Made by a program: the position numbers and the translations under genes
Notes under the pieces: generated by a model
The model's input: only the letters and a program-made list of their open reading frames with translations
Databases searched by the model: none
Told to the model about the DNA's origin: nothing
Source of the DNA: Eledone cirrhosa
Lineage: Eukaryota
Direction: 5' to 3'
Assembly (NCBI GenBank): GCA_964016885.1
Contig: OZ024752.1
Span: 36,580,001 to 36,644,000, forward strand
Length of the DNA stretch: 64,000 nucleotides
Shown: one piece after another, positions 56,626 to 64,000 of the stretch
Layout: the number at the start of each line of letters is the position of its first letter
Numbering within the stretch: position 1 is the stretch's first letter

Positions 56626-56929
56626 GTAATAATAAAAATAATTGGTTCTAATTTGGACACAAAGACTGAAATTCTGGGGGTCGGGGAAAATGGATTAAAT
56701 TGACCTCAGCACGTTACTGGTACTTTAGTTTATCGACCTCCGTAAAGACGATGATCATACATTGATGACACTAATACATTCTTTTACGAACTTATCATGA
56801 ATAAATTTGCGGATATGAAACGTAGACGACGAAACAATACCCATAGCGTCATAACCGGAAATAGCTATCAAGAGGTTCCGGTGTATGTTTAAGCTAATTC
56901 AAGTCGGCTTCACTTTCTTCTTCTCACCC

Positions 56930-57635
56930 TGTCTATCACTGAGAACAATTGACATCTCTCACCCGGCTGTAAAACCGCGACTTGCCAATATGGAACTGCT
57001 GTAGCCTGGCCAGCGCCAGTATATCTGCCGTGTCGTTGAGAAAATTGATAGCTCTCATCCAGCTGTAACGGTCACCTGAAAATATGGTACTACTGCAGCC
57101 TGGCCAGTGCCAGTATATATATCTACTGGTTCACTGAGAAAATTGACAGCCCTCACTCGGCTGAAAAACCGTTACTAGCCAATATGGCACTGCTACAGCC
57201 TGGCCAGTGCCAGTATATATATCTACCGGTTCACTGAGAAAATTGACAGCCCTCACTCGGCTGAAAAACCGTGAATAACCAATATGGCACTGCTACAGCC
57301 TGGCCAGTGCCAGTATATATATCTACCGGTTCACTGAGAAAATTAATAGCTCTCATCCGGCTGAAAAACCGTGAATAACCAATATGGCACTGCTACAGCC
57401 TGGCCAGTGCCAGTATATATATCTACCGGTTCACTGAGAAAATTAATAGCTCTCATCCGGCTGAAAAACCGTGAATAACCAATATGGTACTGCTACAGCC
57501 TGGCCAGCGCCAGTATATAAGCCGGTTCACTGAGCACAATTAACAGCTCTTATCCGGCTGTAACGGTGACTTGCCAATAAGGTCTGCTGCAACCTGGTCA
57601 GTACCAGTATATATATCTGCCGTGTCATTGAGAAC
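56930..57635. repeat. Minisatellite, 100-bp unit, about 7 copies
   Basis: tcactgagaa at 57131, 57231, 57331 and 57431. Confidence 0.93.
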
Positions 57636-58169
57636 AGAAAGCATGGTACGTGTCATGGGCCCCCACTTGGACTAGGAGAACTTCCTATTAAAGCCAGAGA
57701 AGCTATCGTCGGAGACAGAAAAAAGAATCTTCTTCAGATCTATGATCTGTCTTTAATAATCATGAATGAGTAGCATTATGGTGGCTGGATCACCTTCGGG
57801 TGGTTTTTCTGCTAGCATGTGTAGTGTGTATATTGATATTATACGCAAATATATATGCATGTAGATATGATACATCAAATAAAATCGTAATTGACAATAT
57901 ACACAGAAATTGAACGAAGACTGCGTTACACTGTCTTATGTAATCAGTAACGTAATCCATGATACATTTAAAAAAAGACGATATTATATATAAACTGCAT
58001 TAGGAGAAAATTAGTGACGGAAATATATGAATGTTTATTTAAGCGATCGCTAACCGGAAGTGTTGACATTTGAAAATTTTAAAGAAGTGAATCTTAAAAT
58101 AAGCAACAAAATTATTTATATTTAATCAAGAACAACGAAATTTACTGAATAAATTATGTAATATTCATT

Positions 58170-58355
58170 CGGTGAATTGGCAGTAGCGGTAGAGGGTTGG
58201 ACGCCATGCTTTCTAGCATAGTTACGTCCCTTTACAGTCTGAGTTCAAATCCCGCCGAGGTCAACTTTGCCTTTCATCCTTACGGGGTCGATAAAATAAA
58301 GTACCAGTAATGTACTGGGTAATTGCTGGCCTTGTGCCTAAAGTAGAAACAATTA
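58170..58355 (+). mobile_element. SINE family 1
   Basis: Family consensus match. Confidence 0.85.
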
Positions 58356-59133
58356 TTTATTCAAAGTAATCCAACTTATTTTACAAACGGGATAAAAAAA
58401 AAAATTATTATGGACGCAGTCCTGCATTCCTTACTTAGTTAATCGTTTAGATTTACATAAATTATTAGGCCTCCATAGGTAAAAATACAGTGCTAGGAAC
58501 TACATGACTAGAGGCGTAATTTCACTGCTTGCCATAGGCGCTATTTTCCCTAGTTACGTCTCTGTCTATAAAATAGATCTGTTCAAAGGTCGCGTATTAA
58601 TTTAACTAAGTCATCTGATATCAACATCGTACTTAATAAACTTAACCCCAATTATTTCATTATATTTGTTAACTCATTTAATGATTTAATAAAAAAATAT
58701 ATGCCTCGTGCAGATTAAATAGATAAACAGCTTAATGTGATATAAGCTGTCAGGGATAAAAAGCTGGAAATTTTATTTAGTTTATTGAGATAATTTACAT
58801 ATGAAATGTAGTTCGTGTTGCTTATATTCCATTTCAAAGTGACCGACAAAACATTTACTGATTCATAATTTAGTTCGTAAAATCTGAATGACGGCAGCTC
58901 GTTTGAGGAAAGATCCCTGCGTAGTGGGGTGACTGTTGCAACGCGTGTCACTGCCTATTAGCAGTAGAAATGCCTTTGCCATTTTGTCTGCGGCGGGGCG
59001 CAGCCGAAACACTACTCTGACAGATGTAGAGTCTATTATCTTTTCCCCTTCCCCCTTTCTTTCTTTCGTTGCCTAATAATCCTTGCTCTTTTCCTCCTTT
59101 TCCTCTCATTTAAAGCATTTATAGTCATTATTA

Positions 59134-59512
59134 TTGGCAGTATCGGTAGAGGGTCGGACGCCATGCTTTCCAGCATAGTTACGTCCCTTTACGATCTGAG
59201 TTCAAATCCCGCCGAGGTTGACTTTGCCTTTCATCCTTACGGGGTCGATAAAATAAAGTACCAGTAATGCACTGGGTAATTTGCTGGCCTTGTGCCTAAA
59301 GTAGAAACAATTATATATATATATGCGGTGGATTGGCAGTATCGGTAGAGGGTCGGACGCCATGCTTTGACGTATAGAGTTACGGCCCTTGCCATTCTGA
59401 GTTCAAATCCCGCCGAGGTTAACTTAGCCTTTTATCCTTACGGGGTCGATAAAATAAAGTACCAGTAATGCACTGGGATAATTGCTGGCCTTGTGCCAAA
59501 AGTAGAAACAAT

Positions 59513-59513
<1 letters not shown>
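59134..59513 (+). mobile_element. Two tandem SINE family 1 copies
   Basis: Family consensus matches separated by a short (TA)n. Confidence 0.88.
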
Positions 59514-59570
<57 letters not shown>

Positions 59571-59879
59571 ATTGTTTCTACTTTTGGCACAAGGCCACCA
59601 ATTACCCAGTCCAGAATTAGCCGTCGAAACGTCTTGAGCTCAGCCATCGGGGTCCTACTCGTTCCTATTACCCGCTCTACTACCCTAAGTATTGAGTACT
59701 TTGGTGCGTTATGGTCCACCTGGTTCCTTACCACATTTCCTTCGTTATATATATATATATATCCTCCTATCTCATCCTTCCTCATTATATTCCTCCCTCT
59801 CACCTCCTCCTCTTTTTTTCATCCCCCCCCACTCTAAATAAAATATTTTTCCCAATATCACACATCAATCTAAAACTAC

Positions 59880-60461
59880 TTCTCATATGTTGATTTAAAA
59901 CTGCACTATCCACAAGTGTTTTTTAGCCTTCATATCATGTCCTCCTGTTTTATCTGATGAAAACACAAATATTATTGCATGATGATGTTTGTTTTTGAAA
60001 TGCGCATAATAAAATACATGGAACTCCTTTAACCATCTTTTGATCTTATATATTATATATATATATATATGTAGGAGGTGAGTTTTATTGTAGTACAATA
60101 AAGCAATGCAGATATCAGATAAGAAGCACTCTACAGTTTGTAGGACTGGAGTATACATAATATATAAGAACAAAAGATGGTTAAAAGAGTTCCATGTATT
60201 TTATTATGCGCATTTCAAAAACAAATATCATCATGCAATAATATTTGTGTTTTCATCAGATAAAACAGGAAGACATGATATGAAGGTTAAAAAACACTTG
60301 TGTTGATTTAAAACTGAACTATCCACAAGTGTTTTTTAACCTTCATATCATGTCTTCCTGTTTTATCTGATGAAAACACAAATATTATTGCATGATGATA
60401 TTTGTTTTTGAAATGCGCATAATAAAATACATGGAACTTTTTTAACCATCTTTTGTTCTTA

Positions 60462-60470
<9 letters not shown>
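59880..60470. mobile_element. Family E cluster with three hammerheads (+59948-60014, -60199-60265, +60361-60427)
   Basis: ttttat CTGATGA aaac...gtttt GAAA tgcgc ATA ataaaa, three times. Confidence 0.87.
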
Positions 60471-60504
<34 letters not shown>

Positions 60505-60507
<3 letters not shown>

Positions 60508-60716
60508 TTTGGTATTTCCGAAGAAAAAGCAAAGTAAAAACAGAGTGCTCTATGTATAGAACAGAGCTATTTAGTTAGAAAGTGAACAACACAATATATA
60601 ACTACTAGGTTTCTGGACTTTAGATATTATTAATATACGTCTAGATCGTTCATCAGTCTATCTGATGAACGATCCATTTGGTAAGGGAGTAGTTAAATAT
60701 TGTGATGTCCACTTTC

Positions 60717-60720
<4 letters not shown>
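60505..60720 (-). mobile_element. TA-flanked element with hammerhead core at a small hairpin junction
   Basis: Minus strand CTGATGA acgatc...gtcca GAAA c-cta-GTA; palindrome gatcgttcatcag-tctat-ctgatgaacgatc. Confidence 0.6.
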
Positions 60721-60796
<76 letters not shown>

Positions 60797-60934
60797 AAGT
60801 AATTCCGTCGGAAAAGTCCAGGATTTTTTCATTCTGATGATTGAAAGCAACATTTTTTGCTTTTAAGAAACCACTGGTAAATGGAATAATTGCCTTATGT
60901 TGTTTATTACATAACTATATATATATATATACAG

Positions 60935-61107
60935 GAACGATCGACTTTCGTCAAATCGGACCGAGGGAACAATGTTTCCGTTGGTCTTTCCACTTGCTAA
61001 TACTACCTATCGGTCGCAACTCCAGGTAGAAGGAGCAACGTGAAATAAAGTGTCTTGCTCAAGGACATAACGCATCACCTGGTCCAGGAATCGAACTCAC
61101 AACCTTA

Positions 61108-61110
<3 letters not shown>
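60935..61110 (-). mobile_element. SINE family 2, truncated
   Basis: Matches 48345-48557. Confidence 0.8.
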
Positions 61111-61184
<74 letters not shown>

Positions 61185-61189
<5 letters not shown>

Positions 61190-62209
61190 ATGAAATGACA
61201 GGAGGCTGGATTTGTGTAAATCCTTGAAAGGTTTATTATACTATGATCATTTCAATGACCGGGTTCTGTATGAATCCGGTGATATCATCAGGTATTCGAA
61301 ATATAATACGTGAATGTAATAGGTAAAATCCATGGGGCTGAAAATCGATTAATTTTTTTAACTTCATCCTAGAAGTCTAAACACTGTAAAACACTGACTC
61401 CCAATATATTCATCTCTGCTAAGATGCGGGTCCCTGTGAAAATTTTCTCGCGCCACTCCTGGCTTGACTGTGGTCTGACATTAATATCGACCTTTCTTCC
61501 TCTTTCTTTCTATCTTCCTTCTTGTAGCCATCAACCCTTACTTTTCTACTTCTCTCTTCCCTTCCTTCTCTTCTCCCCTCCCCCTGTCTTCTCCCCTCCC
61601 CCTGTCTTCCTCCCGCAGACTTATCTTCCTTCCCCCTCTTGCTTGCCTATATCTGACCAGTAGTAGTTGCCTTCCTCTTTTAGCTGACATTAACCCTGGC
61701 TTCTCTTATTCTTTCTTCCCCCTTCTTCTCTCTCCTTCCTTTCTTTCTTTCTTTTACCTTGTGTCATGGGATCGACGTTAACCTATGCTCCCATCCCTTT
61801 CTGTTTTCGTTCATTTGACCGGTAGTAGCATACTGTAAAATTTAGCCACGTCACTCCAGGGCGACCGGCTGAGGTTGAAGGAACAGAATAACGGTCGCCC
61901 TCGGGTCTCGATTTGCACCCCCATGGATTTTACCTATTACATTCACGTATTATATTTCGAATACCTGATGATATCACCGGATTCATACGGAACCCGGTCA
62001 TTGAAATGATCATAGTATAATAAACCTTTCAAGGATTTACACAAATCCAGCCTCCTGTCATTTCATTATAATATTTAACTCCGTAATAGCACCACCAACT
62101 ACAAAAACAAAGACGGTTGAACTGCTTTACGTTGAGTACTCTCTATATTATTGCATTACGATTGACCATACGGAATAGACCATCTCTATACAGTGGTGAA
62201 CCTCAAACC

Positions 62210-62212
<3 letters not shown>
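61185..62212. mobile_element. Inverted-pLTR-like element with two hammerheads (-61238-61295, +61961-62018)
   Basis: ~150-bp arms 61185-61338 and 61918-62071; atac CTGATGA tatcaccgg...ccggtcatt GAAA t-gatc-ATA gtat aataaa. Confidence 0.88.
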
Positions 62213-62252
<40 letters not shown>

Positions 62253-62435
62253 TTATATATGCATTAGTGCGGCAGGAACTCGAGTCCGGGTACCTTATAG
62301 GCACCCGTTTTACGTGTGTTGTGTTGAGGCAAATAACTATGTGTATACTCTGGTAATGTATCTTACATTGCCCACTGAGTGCGCTGAGATACAACCGGTA
62401 CTGACATTGATAAATATGCTGGGTCCATCAACCCT

Positions 62436-62514
<79 letters not shown>

Positions 62515-62518
<4 letters not shown>

Positions 62519-62892
62519 AAAGTTCTATTTAAATATTTTTATAACTGATATAAAGCACTCAACAAATAATTGGAGTAAAAATACGATATTAATAAATGGA
62601 AACTATATTTATAAAACCATATTTATTTCATTATACATATTTCAAGGACACCAAGTTAAATTATGGTGTGCTTTCATCAGATAAAATATAATATAGAGCA
62701 GTTTTAGAGCAGTTTTAGAGCTTCCAACAGTAATTGTTGCATTCTTTAAGGGTATGTCAATATTTATCTATAAAACTGCTCTATATTATATTTTATCCGA
62801 TGAAAGCACACCATAATTTAACTTGGTGTCCTTGAAATATGTATAATGAAATAAATATGGTTTTATAAATATAGTTTCCATTTGTTAATATC

Positions 62893-62894
<2 letters not shown>
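62515..62894. mobile_element. Family C fold-back (hammerheads -62626-62686, +62791-62851)
   Basis: One arm has CTGATGA, the other CCGATGA. Confidence 0.85.
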
Positions 62895-62962
<68 letters not shown>

Positions 62963-62963
62963 G

Positions 62964-63114
<151 letters not shown>

Positions 63115-63277
63115 TTAAAATACAATATGTTGAAAAGGTAACATATTGTATTTTAAGGAGCTCAGGATTTCCTCTCATTTGAGCACATTATTTACAGGGA
63201 ATGGCGAGAGTCGATGGGTCCGTTAATTTATCGTGATATATATATATATATATTTATAGGTATATATATATATATAG

Positions 63278-63354
<77 letters not shown>

Positions 63355-63438
63355 TATATACGTATACTATTATTATTAGCACAAATTAAAACTTTAAGCT
63401 ACCAATTTATGCGGGATCATCTAAAAAGAGTAAGAGAG

Positions 63439-63896
<458 letters not shown>

Positions 63897-64000
63897 GAGG
63901 GATCTAAGTCGAGGAAGAGGGACGGAATACTGAAATACGTCTGATTTTAGACGAGACAATGGAAGCAGGGATAAACATGACTTTCTTCAGAACATTTTTA

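Noticed and set aside
58870-59040. GC-richer unique segment as exon or structured RNA
   Set aside because: No convincing splice signals, frame or second copy to support a call.
60825-60850. CTGATGAttGAAA as a hammerhead
   Set aside because: No room for stem II and no stem I or III partners.

Overview
AT-rich, microsatellite-saturated eukaryotic DNA. The (TA)n density, tRNA-derived SINEs and RTE/Dong LINEs suggest an octopus/cephalopod genome (inference). No host protein-coding exon was recognised. Most ORFs in the track are translations of (TA)n/(CA)n or tandem repeats. Recognisable parts are LINE fragments (RTE, R4/Dong-type RLE, Tx1/L1-like), a Penelope-like GIY-YIG 3' end, a decayed hAT transposase, hAT- and piggyBac-type MITEs, two SINE families, an 8-kb 41-bp satellite and several minisatellites. 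The main hidden signal is RNA: the short sequences between (TA)n tracts are mostly 3' ends of Penelope-like/retrozyme-like elements carrying hammerhead ribozymes (about 30 full or partial cores read by eye, in more than 10 families), often as fold-back palindromes or partial tandem repeats. One family (copies at ~21.6, 35.1, 48.0 and 52.3 kb) has the core strands in the order NUH - GAAA - CUGAUGA. That order is not type I, II or III, so it looks like a non-circularly permuted, pseudoknotted hammerhead, and compensatory base changes between copies support it. All structures were paired by hand; none is computed or tested.
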